From a virus (lineage: Duplodnaviria; Caudoviricetes): a DNA stretch of 64,000 bases. Where the stretch lies: IMG/VR virus record IMGVR_UViG_3300025121_000014, positions 168,945-232,944 of that record, one strand, 5' to 3'. The position numbers and the translations under genes are program-made. This document shows, piece by piece, positions 10,026 through 20,562 of this stretch (within the stretch, counting starts at the first letter, position 1; each line of letters starts with the position of its first letter). The notes under the pieces are model-generated. The model made no database searches. It saw only the letters and a program-made list of their open reading frames with translations, and had not been told where the DNA came from.

Positions 10026-10799
10026 TTAACTATCACCCCATTCTACTTCCCAATAGTGTATAGCATATGAACAATTTTTAATATATTTTGATATATCTTT
10101 TTCTTTTCTAGAATCTGGTGGTAATGGATAAAAATAATCCACAGGAAAACATACAACACCATTTGTTTTATCATTTACATTTTCAAAAAATTTTTTAGTA
10201 TAAAAATATGTACCAGTAGTATCAAAAACATCTTTCCAATAACTATATGCAACTCTATTCATTTTGTGTATACAATCATGTAATATTGGATGATTTGGAA
10301 CACTTGCTATTATACCAATATTTAACTCTATCCATTTACTATTATACCCTATACCTGTAAAAAAATCTAAATATATTAAATCATCAAATGATTTTAAACA
10401 TTCAAAATCAGTATCTATATATAATCCACCATATTTATATAGTAATTCATATCTTAATATATCAGATTTTTGTCCAAAATGATTTGTTTGTTCATATAAG
10501 TTTCTATTAATCATATCTAATTTATCTACATCATCATTTGTCCATAATTTATATTCCCAACCTGGATTATATTTTAACCAGGATTCTTTTAATCTATTAT
10601 GATATTTAGGTACAGGTTTAGTACCTACCCAAATTTGGTGTATTATTTTAGGTATTTTATCTACCTTATCTTTATTAATAATATTATAATAATTATTATC
10701 ATATAATGTTTCTAATATTTTCCAATTAGGATATCTATTAAAATAATTTGTCCAATTATCTGAATTAGATTTTTCTAATAATTCTTTGAAATCACTCAT
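10026..10799 (-). CDS. GT32 (OCH1-like) glycosyltransferase
   Basis: IPKIIHQIWVG, SDILRYELLYKYGGLYIDTD (DxD). Confidence 0.9.
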   Translation of the reverse strand: MSDFKELLEKSNSDNWTNYFNRYPNWKILETLYDNNYYNIINKDKVDKIPKIIHQIWVGTKPVPKYHNRLKESWLKYNPGWEYKLWTNDDVDKLDMINRNLYEQTNHFGQKSDILRYELLYKYGGLYIDTDFECLKSFDDLIYLDFFTGIGYNSKWIELNIGIIASVPNHPILHDCIHKMNRVAYSYWKDVFDTTGTYFYTKKFFENVNDKTNGVVCFPVDYFYPLPPDSRKEKDISKYIKNCSYAIHYWEVEWGDS

Positions 10800-11605
10800 C
10801 TAATTTTTAACTTTTTTTCCCAATAATTAAATAACAATTTATCCATATTCCAGTTATTATTATTATTAATTCTTATGTATTCTTTTTCAAGAAAATCTTG
10901 TGTAATATCTTCCCATTCATTAACAAAACAAATTGGTAAATCTGTATAAAATTGATTATTTATGTTAATTTTTTCAATAGGTATTGTATTAAGATATAAA
11001 CATTCCCATGTTCTATGTGTATCTATTCCATTTCCTTCTGGACATATTACAAATTTATGATTGTAAATATTATCTAAATAATTTTCAAAATTAGTACCAT
11101 TTGCACCATATTCTAAATTAACCCAACTTAAATTTTTAAAAATTTCATATGGTTTTAATCTTTCTTTCCTATTGGTATCAATATGGTGATTAATATATAA
11201 TAAATTTTTATGATTTTTATTTTCATTTAATTTATTAATCATTTTACTTTTTTTATCTATATCCTTAAACCATCTATTATTTTCTAAACCGATAGGAATA
11301 GATTCTATTCTATCACTTTTAAATTTTACATTTTGTGAATACCATTTAATAACATTTTTATGTGGTTCGTCACATATATTATAATCACTATTATGTGATA
11401 TTAATATTATTTTTTTATTTGTATTATTTAATTCATTAAATAAATATTCTACATGATGTGTATGAGCATATATTAAATCATTATCTTGTAATTTATCTAT
11501 ATTAAAAGTATTTGTATATATATTAAATTCTGTACCTTTACGATTGTAAAAATATATGTAATCTGCTAACTGTACAAATTTTTCACCTTGTATAAAATCT
11601 ATCAT
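10796..11605 (-). CDS. Putative glycosyltransferase (exostosin/GT47-like C-terminus)
   Basis: HKFVICPEGNGIDTHRTWECLYLNTIPI motif. Confidence 0.65.
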   Translation of the reverse strand: MIDFIQGEKFVQLADYIYFYNRKGTEFNIYTNTFNIDKLQDNDLIYAHTHHVEYLFNELNNTNKKIILISHNSDYNICDEPHKNVIKWYSQNVKFKSDRIESIPIGLENNRWFKDIDKKSKMINKLNENKNHKNLLYINHHIDTNRKERLKPYEIFKNLSWVNLEYGANGTNFENYLDNIYNHKFVICPEGNGIDTHRTWECLYLNTIPIEKININNQFYTDLPICFVNEWEDITQDFLEKEYIRINNNNNWNMDKLLFNYWEKKLKIR

Positions 11606-11606
11606 A

Positions 11607-12320
11607 TTATTTTACTAAATTTCTTTTTAAATAACAACTATTAGGTAAACCGTGATCATCATTAATTGGACATAATAATTCTTTTTTTGGTAGTAATAAT
11701 GTATATTCAAAAAAATCACTATAATGTATTAATTCAAATTTATGAGGAGAATAAACATTTAGATTTCTACCCCAGTATTTATATGCATATTGCTTATTAA
11801 ATATACAATTTGTCCCTAGATAATATCTTATCCATTTTTTATTAATTAATCTAAAATTATTAGATGTCATTCTCATTATTTTACAATTATTATCTTCATA
11901 AATAGATGGTACAGTCGAATGATCACTTTTTTCTATTTCAAAAAATGATGTTTTTATTATATCAACACCATATTGTTCACATTTATTTATTAAATATTTT
12001 ATATAATTTATATCATTACATATAGATATATGATCTTCCTCAAAATGTTGAAAATAATTCTTTTCTGATTTATTTATAAATTCAATATAAATTTCATTAA
12101 AAAAGTTTATTTCGTTTGTTAATTCAAAATCAAAATTATGTTCTGTTAATTTTGATTTAATAATATCTATATATTCGGTATTTTCTACATTTAAATAAAA
12201 TTTAGATATTTCTGATAAATATGAATAACTATCTATTGTCAATAATAAATATTTTAACCTATCATCTATACTTTCATTTATTGTTGATTTTAATTTAATA
12301 TTTCCTATTATATCTATCAT
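11607..12320 (-). CDS. Hypothetical protein, possible GT-A fold
   Basis: Long ORF inside the cluster; HFEEDH acidic motif. Confidence 0.5.
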   Translation of the reverse strand: MIDIIGNIKLKSTINESIDDRLKYLLLTIDSYSYLSEISKFYLNVENTEYIDIIKSKLTEHNFDFELTNEINFFNEIYIEFINKSEKNYFQHFEEDHISICNDINYIKYLINKCEQYGVDIIKTSFFEIEKSDHSTVPSIYEDNNCKIMRMTSNNFRLINKKWIRYYLGTNCIFNKQYAYKYWGRNLNVYSPHKFELIHYSDFFEYTLLLPKKELLCPINDDHGLPNSCYLKRNLVK

Positions 12321-12706
12321 TATTTATTTTTTATTTTAATAAATTCGTCTATATCAAATATATAATCATTTGGATCATAATTTGTATTTGACATGACAAA
12401 AAGAATAGCATCATCAGTAATAAATTTTTGAGAATCCCATATTAAATTATCCACATAAACATATTCGTTTTTATTTAATATTTGTTTTTCTTCATTTATC
12501 CCATCAAATAATATAACTTCGATTTGTCCACTTATACAACAAAGTATTTGTTTAGTTTTATAGTGTGCATGATTACCTCTTATTGTATTAATTGGTACAT
12601 CTTTTACAAAAAAAACTCGTTTTATATAATATTGAAAATCAGTTAGTTCAAAAGGAATTAAACTTCCTAATTTACCATCAAATGATTTAAATTTGTTCAC
12701 ATTCAT
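12320..12706 (-). CDS. fdtA: FdtA/QdtA-like sugar 3,4-ketoisomerase (cupin)
   Basis: GSLIPFE, IKRVFFV, RGNHAHYKTKQ. Confidence 0.85.
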   Translation of the reverse strand: MNVNKFKSFDGKLGSLIPFELTDFQYYIKRVFFVKDVPINTIRGNHAHYKTKQILCCISGQIEVILFDGINEEKQILNKNEYVYVDNLIWDSQKFITDDAILFVMSNTNYDPNDYIFDIDEFIKIKNK

Positions 12707-13733
12707 AATTACTATATTTTTTTAAAAATTCTTCTATTTTTCTTATATCTTCTTCTTTAAGAAAAGGATGAATAGGTATAGATATTATTTTATCATTAAC
12801 TCTAAAATCAACTTTATTATATATTCCTTTTAAAGAATCCATTTCACTCACATGATATGGATAATGTATCATATATGGAATATTATTTTCTTTCATTTTT
12901 TCTATTATAAAATCCCTATTATTAAACATTATAACAAATTGATGATAAACAGAATATGAATTTATTTTTATTCCTTTTACTATTTTTTTATATCTATTTG
13001 CTATTTTAATTCTTATATCATTAAATTTATAAAATTGATTAAATTTTATATTTAAAATAGATGATTGTATTTCATCCATTCTACTATTAACACCTATAAA
13101 TTCTATATTATTATTATATTGACCATAAAATCTTAACTTTTTAAAGTATTCATAATCATCAATATTATTACAACATATCATCCCCCCATCTCCCATACTT
13201 GCTAATGGTTTTGTTGGATAAAAACTAAATACAGAATATTGACTATATATTCCTGAACCTGATCCAGTAGATTGAGCACAATCCTCAATAATAATATGAT
13301 TATTCTTAAGTGCATATTCATTTATAGCTTCCATATCACAATTATTACCAAATAAATGAACTGGTATTATAATACCGTTTTTAATGTTTTCTGGTAATTT
13401 CTTTGGATTAATAGTCATACTATAATCAACATCAATATAATATAATTTGTCTGTTATATTTTTACAAGCAACCGCTGTTGGATATGCACCAAAATTTGGT
13501 AATATTATTGTCATACCATTTTTATAAACTCTTTTTAAAACTAACATTATAGCATCAGTACAATTTTTAACAGATATAGCATATTTTTTACTAGTCAATT
13601 TAGTAAAATTTTCTTCTAATTTACTAGTTTCATTTCCAAATAAAAACCACCCTTTATTTCCTATATTATTTAATGAATTTACTATATCATCTTTATAATA
13701 TTCATATTCTTTACTTAAATCTAAAAATTTCAT
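12687..13733 (-). CDS. fdtB: DegT/DnrJ aminotransferase, FdtB-like
   Basis: EDCAQS, FSFYPTKPLASMGDGG (catalytic Lys present), NSRMDEIQ; adjacent to the fdtA-like gene. Confidence 0.8.
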   Translation of the reverse strand: MKFLDLSKEYEYYKDDIVNSLNNIGNKGWFLFGNETSKLEENFTKLTSKKYAISVKNCTDAIMLVLKRVYKNGMTIILPNFGAYPTAVACKNITDKLYYIDVDYSMTINPKKLPENIKNGIIIPVHLFGNNCDMEAINEYALKNNHIIIEDCAQSTGSGSGIYSQYSVFSFYPTKPLASMGDGGMICCNNIDDYEYFKKLRFYGQYNNNIEFIGVNSRMDEIQSSILNIKFNQFYKFNDIRIKIANRYKKIVKGIKINSYSVYHQFVIMFNNRDFIIEKMKENNIPYMIHYPYHVSEMDSLKGIYNKVDFRVNDKIISIPIHPFLKEEDIRKIEEFLKKYSNYECEQI

Positions 13734-13743
13734 TTTCTTTTAA

Positions 13744-14478
13744 TTATTTTAATTCAATATAACATAACCAAGTATATCCTTTACTTTCATTGAAAAATAA
13801 AGGATATTTATCTTTTTGGTCAATTTCCAATAATGGTGATACTGTCGGATATTTTTCATCCCATAAAGTATTCCATCTAGTTTTTTCATCTTTAAAAATA
13901 GGTGGCATTTCCTGATATATATCTATAATATTATTTAAATAATCAAAATTTTCTTGAATAGGTTCATATATCATTTTACCATAATAATATTTTTCATTTG
14001 ATAATATTATTTTTGGTGAATAACATCCACAATTAGGATTTGGATAATTATCTTCTATTATTATTTTTTTAAATCCTAAATTATAACAATGTTTAATTCT
14101 TTCTAATGAATCTTGATGGTCATCTAAAAAAATTAACGTATCATTTTTTGGCAAATCTGACCAATTACTTTCCAAAAAATCTTCTGTTTGATAAATAACT
14201 TTTTCACTTTTATATTTTAAATTACTCATATCTGGATCTATAGATATTATCTTAGAATAATGATGAGCTTGTTCAAAAAACCAAGTACCTAAACCATACC
14301 ATACTCCACTTTCTATAATATATTTAGGTTTAAGTTTTTTTATAATATACCATACTGGAAATAAATGAGATGATGTCATTCCTCCATTATTATTTTTAAT
14401 AGGTCTTTTTGAATATAATGTGTTAAATTCATCTATATAATTTAAAATATCTTTTCTATCCCATTTAATGTATTTCAT
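13744..14478 (-). CDS. Putative methyltransferase-fold protein
   Basis: IIESGVWYGLGTWFF..IISIDP..FLDDHQ pattern resembles class I MTase motifs. Confidence 0.5.
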   Translation of the reverse strand: MKYIKWDRKDILNYIDEFNTLYSKRPIKNNNGGMTSSHLFPVWYIIKKLKPKYIIESGVWYGLGTWFFEQAHHYSKIISIDPDMSNLKYKSEKVIYQTEDFLESNWSDLPKNDTLIFLDDHQDSLERIKHCYNLGFKKIIIEDNYPNPNCGCYSPKIILSNEKYYYGKMIYEPIQENFDYLNNIIDIYQEMPPIFKDEKTRWNTLWDEKYPTVSPLLEIDQKDKYPLFFNESKGYTWLCYIELK

Positions 14479-14479
14479 A

Positions 14480-15100
14480 TTAATTTAATGTTTTTTTTAA
14501 AATTAAACTTCTCCATTTTATATCATTTAATCCTGCATCTACATTTTCTATTAAATCAAATCCTGTTTTATCTAAAATTATTTTTAAATCATTTATATTT
14601 ATTATAGAATGATAAGTCCAACCACCATAAGATGGATTTAATATAACAGATGTATTATCAGTTGTAATATCTTGTCTATGTATAATAATATAATTATTAG
14701 CATAACTTAATATTTTTTCTAATATTATTAATGGGTATTGCATAATATCAATAAATGCATTCATAATTATAATATCATAATTACTAATAAATGATAAATC
14801 TTCATCATTTATAACATCAGATATGACATAAGTTAAATCACTAAAACATACTTTAGATACATACTTAATTATATGTTCCATATCAGAACCAGTATATTCA
14901 CCTTTAATTATGGTATTTATTAATGCTCCTCCACACCCTAAATCTAATACCCTACTATATTCTGTTTGTATTTTATCAAGTAAATTAATTAATACTTTAC
15001 CATGTTGAACTTCATTTAATGGTAAATGTTTTTTAATAGAATTTATCATTTCATCATAAACTTTTGGGATATACCAACAAGTTGTAGTATCTATTTCCAT
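14480..15100 (-). CDS. Class I SAM-dependent methyltransferase
   Basis: RVLDLGCGGA, YTGSD. Confidence 0.75.
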   Translation of the reverse strand: MEIDTTTCWYIPKVYDEMINSIKKHLPLNEVQHGKVLINLLDKIQTEYSRVLDLGCGGALINTIIKGEYTGSDMEHIIKYVSKVCFSDLTYVISDVINDEDLSFISNYDIIIMNAFIDIMQYPLIILEKILSYANNYIIIHRQDITTDNTSVILNPSYGGWTYHSIININDLKIILDKTGFDLIENVDAGLNDIKWRSLILKKTLN

Positions 15101-15101
15101 T

Positions 15102-15995
15102 TTAAATATATTTTTTTAATTGGTTATCAAATTTTAATTTAAGATTATTCATATTTTCTAATATTATATTTGGGTGAATACCATTAAATTTCCTAGTAAA
15201 TGTTGGTGTTCTTTTATGTGGTTTAAATTCATGAACTCCTGCATATTGCTGTTCTATTTTTAATTTATCTTCGTTTGTTTTTGCTAAAACCCAAGGTAAA
15301 TATATAGTATCAAAATAATTATCTATACAAATATCTTTACTAACCGCTCCTTTATAATATTTTATTTTTTGATATACTTGATCTGGAAATACATATGAAT
15401 AATGATACATTCTTATACCATAAGTATGTGCTAATGTATTAAAATCTAATAATTTTTCAGGAAATATATGTGCGCCAACTCTAGGATTATGTGCAATTAT
15501 AGGTGGTCTATGTCTTTCCCAATACGACCCTGGATATATTTTTCTAATTCTTATAAATGGTGCATTTTCTTCAAACCCACTTATAACATCATCAAATCCA
15601 CCATAAAATGATAAACTTTTAAAAGCAACGGTTGTATATCTATGTGTTTCTAATAATTCTAATATTTTTTGAATATCTTCTGGTTTAAATACTTCATCAC
15701 TATCTAAATTCCATATATAATCATTATCATCTTTTAAATATTGCATATATGCTTGACATTGTTCATCTTTCTCTTTGTATATAGAATGTACAATTGATAT
15801 CTTATTTTCTGGATCAGGAAAATTATCAAGAATTTCATTTGTTCCATCATCTGATGTTGTCATACCTTGTTCTTGCCACCAAGTAACAGGTCCTTCTGCT
15901 ATTAATATTTGATTAGCAAATGGATAAATATTTTTTAATGTTTCTTCTAAAACATAATTTCCATTTAAAACTATTATACCAAATGCTATTTTCAT
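15102..15995 (-). CDS. GT2-like glycosyltransferase
   Basis: WNLDSDEVF (DxD), YHYSYV. Confidence 0.7.
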   Translation of the reverse strand: MKIAFGIIVLNGNYVLEETLKNIYPFANQILIAEGPVTWWQEQGMTTSDDGTNEILDNFPDPENKISIVHSIYKEKDEQCQAYMQYLKDDNDYIWNLDSDEVFKPEDIQKILELLETHRYTTVAFKSLSFYGGFDDVISGFEENAPFIRIRKIYPGSYWERHRPPIIAHNPRVGAHIFPEKLLDFNTLAHTYGIRMYHYSYVFPDQVYQKIKYYKGAVSKDICIDNYFDTIYLPWVLAKTNEDKLKIEQQYAGVHEFKPHKRTPTFTRKFNGIHPNIILENMNNLKLKFDNQLKKYI

Positions 15996-16903
15996 ATCTT
16001 ATATTTATCTTTTATTTGTTTAAGATGATTAAAATAATCATCATAATATTTTTGTATTTCACCTTTAAAAAATGGACGTAAACAACTACCCCATTCTCCT
16101 TCTTTATCTATTTTATAAGTATCATTTTCATAATTTTCATCGAAATGAGAAAAATGATTAAATAATAAATTTTGTTGTTTATTTTTCCATATAATTTTAT
16201 TATCTCCTAAATATTGATATAATCCTAAATTCCAAGGAGCACCATGACCTATATCATCATCAAATATTTTTATATTTTCATCACCAAATAACAACCCAAA
16301 TGCTTCTAAATATTTTTGATCACCACAAGTACCATATTCTTTTGCCCATTGATTATCTTTATCAATCATACAATCTCTCCACCATTTTAAACAATTTATA
16401 CCAGGAACATCATTTCTAAAATATATTATACCCACGTTATATGCTCCTACATAACAACCAAAATTATTATGTCTATGTAATATTAATCCTATACTTTTAC
16501 CAATCATAATATCAAATAAAATATTAAAATCGCCATAAAATTTAATATCTGAATCTATATAAATTAATTCTGGTAAATCAAATTTTTTCATTAAATGATA
16601 AGTTATATAAGGCGCAGATGCATAATGATAAGTAGAAACATAATCTGGTCTACCTTTCATATTATCATCAATAGATTTACTACTTTTCATTAAAATTTTA
16701 AATTCATCGTCTTCAATAATATTATTAGCATGATATGGTATTAATTTAGGATTATTTATATTTTGTATTATATTATATGTTTTATCATCTAAACATAAAT
16801 AATATAATTTAAAATCTATATTTGATGTACTTTCTAAACTATCAAACAAAACTAATCCTTTATCAATATATTTTATATCTGATAATGTAACTAAATATTT
16901 CAT
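15992..16903 (-). CDS. GT-A glycosyltransferase
   Basis: YIDSDIKFY, YNVGII.FRND, GDQKYL, GAPWN. Confidence 0.75.
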   Translation of the reverse strand: MKYLVTLSDIKYIDKGLVLFDSLESTSNIDFKLYYLCLDDKTYNIIQNINNPKLIPYHANNIIEDDEFKILMKSSKSIDDNMKGRPDYVSTYHYASAPYITYHLMKKFDLPELIYIDSDIKFYGDFNILFDIMIGKSIGLILHRHNNFGCYVGAYNVGIIYFRNDVPGINCLKWWRDCMIDKDNQWAKEYGTCGDQKYLEAFGLLFGDENIKIFDDDIGHGAPWNLGLYQYLGDNKIIWKNKQQNLLFNHFSHFDENYENDTYKIDKEGEWGSCLRPFFKGEIQKYYDDYFNHLKQIKDKYKI

Positions 16904-17563
16904 TTATTTTATTTTATTTTTTATATACAATGCATCACCCCAAGTATAATCACTATGCCAAAATGTATCATATCTATTAAAACCAAAACTATATAAAAAG
17001 CTATCTAATTCTTCAATAATTACACAATTTTTATATAATTCTACTTTATTAACTTCACTCATTATATAATCAATATTTTCTAACGTATCAACAGAACCTT
17101 TAAATACTTCTAATTCATATCCTTGAACATCAATATTTATAAAATTATAATTATTTTTTTCAAATTTGATATTATCTAATTTTTGAATATCAATTTCTAT
17201 TTTATCATTAAAAACAATAAATGGATATTGTGTTGCATGTAACAATGGTTCTAGTAAAGAACTAGATTGACTTTCATTATCATATTCAACATACATTTCT
17301 GCTTTTCCTATTTTATTACCTAATGCCATATTATATAGATTAACATTATCATCATTGATATTTATTTTTAATTTTTCAAAAGTATGTGGTAATGGTTCAA
17401 AAAACATTAAATTATTTATATTTAAATTTTTATAAACTGAATATTCACTACCTATATGCGCACCAATATGAATAACACCTTTAATATTCATATTATATTT
17501 ATTTTTTAATTGTGCTAAATTCATTTTCATTTTATTATTTTTATTTTTTAGTATTCTATCCAA
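16904..17563 (-). CDS. FkbM-family methyltransferase
   Basis: VIHIGAHIG, FEPLP, NIDVQGYELEVFKG. Confidence 0.9.
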   Translation of the reverse strand: MDRILKNKNNKMKMNLAQLKNKYNMNIKGVIHIGAHIGSEYSVYKNLNINNLMFFEPLPHTFEKLKININDDNVNLYNMALGNKIGKAEMYVEYDNESQSSSLLEPLLHATQYPFIVFNDKIEIDIQKLDNIKFEKNNYNFINIDVQGYELEVFKGSVDTLENIDYIMSEVNKVELYKNCVIIEELDSFLYSFGFNRYDTFWHSDYTWGDALYIKNKIK

Positions 17564-18237
17564 TTATATTTTGAACTAACTCTTATATTTTTAGGATAAT
17601 TTCTTACATATGTATGATAATATAAATTATTTGTTTTTAAATTTAAATGTTCTACTAAACATTTATAAGACGATTCCATTAAATGTATTTCTTTAGCATT
17701 TTCTATTATATAGGAATAATCAAATAAACCATATGTTTTTAACGGTCTAATTATTTTAATATTTTTAGGCAATAAATCTTCTTTTATTTTAAACCCTCTA
17801 TCTATATCATCATGTACAAAAACATATTCATTTTCATTTAATCCTAATTCATTAAAAACAAATTTTTCTTTATCTATATTTCTTTCCATATAAAAATTAT
17901 CCCATTTTTTATTAAAAACTATTCCTGCTAATTTATAGAATTGCATATCAAAATTATCAGCATTTACATCACTTAATTGTAAATCACCAAATCCTATTTT
18001 TTTAAAATTTTTAATTTTATTATTTCTTATAAATGGTTCTATTACATATTCACCATCTAAATCTATTGGGAATAATTCTACATTTATATCTAAATACATT
18101 TGTTTAACATTTTCTAAATATACTTTAAAACAAAATATATGAATTTTATCATAACTTTTATATAATTCTCTTACCATTCCGTTACATATGATATTATCAC
18201 CTAATCCCATATGATGATATAAGTATAATTCTTCCAT
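17548..18237 (-). CDS. Hypothetical protein, possible glycosyltransferase
   Basis: HHMGLGDNIICNGMVR start resembles a GT-B GLGD motif; cluster context. Confidence 0.5.
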   Translation of the reverse strand: MEELYLYHHMGLGDNIICNGMVRELYKSYDKIHIFCFKVYLENVKQMYLDINVELFPIDLDGEYVIEPFIRNNKIKNFKKIGFGDLQLSDVNADNFDMQFYKLAGIVFNKKWDNFYMERNIDKEKFVFNELGLNENEYVFVHDDIDRGFKIKEDLLPKNIKIIRPLKTYGLFDYSYIIENAKEIHLMESSYKCLVEHLNLKTNNLYYHTYVRNYPKNIRVSSKYNWIEY

Positions 18238-19049
18238 TATTTATAATATTGATTATATTTTTTAACATCATATTCATTAGTTCTTTTAGTAACCTGATTA
18301 TATAATCTGTAATTTACTTGTGTTATTTCATATGGTACTGTTTTATCAATATATGCATCAACATGACATTGATGTATAACTGATGGATTATCAATTATTT
18401 TTATATTCATTCCTTTTTTATGAATACGTTCTAAAAATTCATTATCATCCCAAGCTAAACCATTAGCATATCTTTCGTCAAATCCACCTAAATCATATAA
18501 ATCTGATCTTGTTATAGCTGAACAAAAATGTAACATACTACGTCTATAAATTGAATGGTTATACCAACCATTAGTTCTATTATCACATGATATATTATTA
18601 TAAGGTTCTATAACATTTTTAATATTTTCTACGTAATTTTCTTCTTTATCAACATTATTTATTAATTCAGTTAAATTTTTATCTACTGAATAACAAGCAT
18701 AAGTTAAATATGTATTACCTTCTATATTTTTTTTAACAGATTCTATAATATTACCCATATGAATACATTCTGGATTCTGTATTATAATTACATCATTTGT
18801 AATTTGATTAAATCCTATATTATATGGTATACATGGATTCATCCAATGTTTTTTATCTTTATCTATTTTAATAATTTTAATATTCAAATCAAAAATATCT
18901 TTAAACTCAGTTATATCTTCATAACTCGCATCATCAATAATTAAAATTTCTATATCTTCATCATATTTCATATATGATGACATAGATTTTAATGTATTAA
19001 ATAATATACTTTTCCTATTATAATATGACATTATTATTGTTATGCTCAT
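18237..19049 (-). CDS. GT2 glycosyltransferase
   Basis: IIMSYYNR, IIDDAS, IQNPECIH, GGFDERY..G.AWDDNEF; paralog of 24631-25410. Confidence 0.85.
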   Translation of the reverse strand: MSITIIMSYYNRKSILFNTLKSMSSYMKYDEDIEILIIDDASYEDITEFKDIFDLNIKIIKIDKDKKHWMNPCIPYNIGFNQITNDVIIIQNPECIHMGNIIESVKKNIEGNTYLTYACYSVDKNLTELINNVDKEENYVENIKNVIEPYNNISCDNRTNGWYNHSIYRRSMLHFCSAITRSDLYDLGGFDERYANGLAWDDNEFLERIHKKGMNIKIIDNPSVIHQCHVDAYIDKTVPYEITQVNYRLYNQVTKRTNEYDVKKYNQYYK

Positions 19050-19058
19050 AATCTATTT

Positions 19059-19751
19059 TTATTTTTTATAATATTTTTCAATTATAGGTGAACGCTGATC
19101 ACCTAACGGTAAATCATTTTCAGCAATTGCTTCTCCAATAAAAGCAAAATTATCTATTTTTCTATCTCTTTTTATGGGTATACCTATATTTTCATAATTA
19201 TAATATTCATCATGTATTAGACAATCATTTTTAATAATCGGATATAAAATATCTCTTAGAAACATTTGATCAGTCGTTCTATTTCTATTATAATTAGCCG
19301 AATTTTTAATATAATTGTCCATTAATTCCTTTATATTAGTAATAATTCTGCCTTTTCCTCCCCACATACCAGCATTTATTACCCAACTATGACCAACTGG
19401 ATGATCCCTTATTATATGAAAAGATTTATTAGATTCTATCCATTCACTAACAGCAATTTCATCTCTTTCACTTATTCTAGAATCACAATCCCTTGATATA
19501 AAATAATCTACATTTTCACTTAAAGGAAAAAATCGCCAAGTTGAATTAATAAATCCTCTATCTTCATTAGTATTTATCAAATTAACACCATTATCTTTTA
19601 ATTCATTTAAAATATTTATAGAAGTGGTATTATTATGATAAACTCTCATTTCCCAATCAGTAAAAAGTTTTTTATGAAGCTTTGAATTATTTATAGCACC
19701 TATTGTATATTTTGATTCATTTCCATATAAAGAAAAACTTATTACTTTCAT
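19059..19751 (-). CDS. Conserved viral glycan-cluster hypothetical protein (GT-like)
   Basis: VISFSLYG..KY..GA, ISRDCDSR, IIRDHP, DQMFL. Confidence 0.6.
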   Translation of the reverse strand: MKVISFSLYGNESKYTIGAINNSKLHKKLFTDWEMRVYHNNTTSINILNELKDNGVNLINTNEDRGFINSTWRFFPLSENVDYFISRDCDSRISERDEIAVSEWIESNKSFHIIRDHPVGHSWVINAGMWGGKGRIITNIKELMDNYIKNSANYNRNRTTDQMFLRDILYPIIKNDCLIHDEYYNYENIGIPIKRDRKIDNFAFIGEAIAENDLPLGDQRSPIIEKYYKK

Positions 19752-19752
19752 T

Positions 19753-20562
19753 TTATATAATTTGTAATTTTTTTAAAGTATTATAAATATTATCTTCTGA
19801 TATTAAATATTTTTTGGCTTTTTCAAAATTTATTTTAACATATTCAAACACTTCATTATATTTATTTTCATTTAATGTATTTATAATATTATTTAAGTCT
19901 AAATAAGAATCAATTTGAATTATACCTCTATTATCAAAAAAATCATTAATACTTGGACAACCGTAATATATAGGTATAGTCCCCGTCATAAAACAGTCAA
20001 TTAATTTTTCTGTAAAATAATAATCTTTTTTAGTATTTTCTATTGCAACAGAAAATCTATAATCTTTTAACCCATCTAACTTATATTCTATGTTATTAAA
20101 CCCTCTTCCATATATTTCTAAACCTTTACAATTTTTAATTACATCATGTCTTAATTTATGACCAATTGTAAAATTTTTATCTGATGATATAATTGATATA
20201 TTTTTTGTTTTATCATAAATTAAATGATCTTCTGGTTTTATCCAACAACCACCTACAGGATTTAATTTAAATTTATCATTTAAATCTAATAAATCTTTAT
20301 CGAATGTTAAAATTAAATCAAATTTATCATAATTATTAGCTATCCATTCGTATGAACTTTTAGTAATAACAGGTGATTCTAATAACCAAGCTATTTTAGT
20401 TTTTATATTTAAATTAACACTTTTAAGATTATTATCAGTAAATATAACTATATCATCAATAGAATATGGTGTTCTGTCCCATTTCATTTTTGATGATTTA
20501 TTGAATAATGTGCTATATTCTACATGATTAAATATACTATCTTGTATCTTTATATTTACCAT
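19753..20562 (-). CDS. GT10 (alpha-1,3-fucosyltransferase-like) glycosyltransferase
   Basis: YRFSVAIENT..YYFTEKLIDCF.TGTIPIYYG matches the GT10 motif. Confidence 0.8.
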   Translation of the reverse strand: MVNIKIQDSIFNHVEYSTLFNKSSKMKWDRTPYSIDDIVIFTDNNLKSVNLNIKTKIAWLLESPVITKSSYEWIANNYDKFDLILTFDKDLLDLNDKFKLNPVGGCWIKPEDHLIYDKTKNISIISSDKNFTIGHKLRHDVIKNCKGLEIYGRGFNNIEYKLDGLKDYRFSVAIENTKKDYYFTEKLIDCFMTGTIPIYYGCPSINDFFDNRGIIQIDSYLDLNNIINTLNENKYNEVFEYVKINFEKAKKYLISEDNIYNTLKKLQII

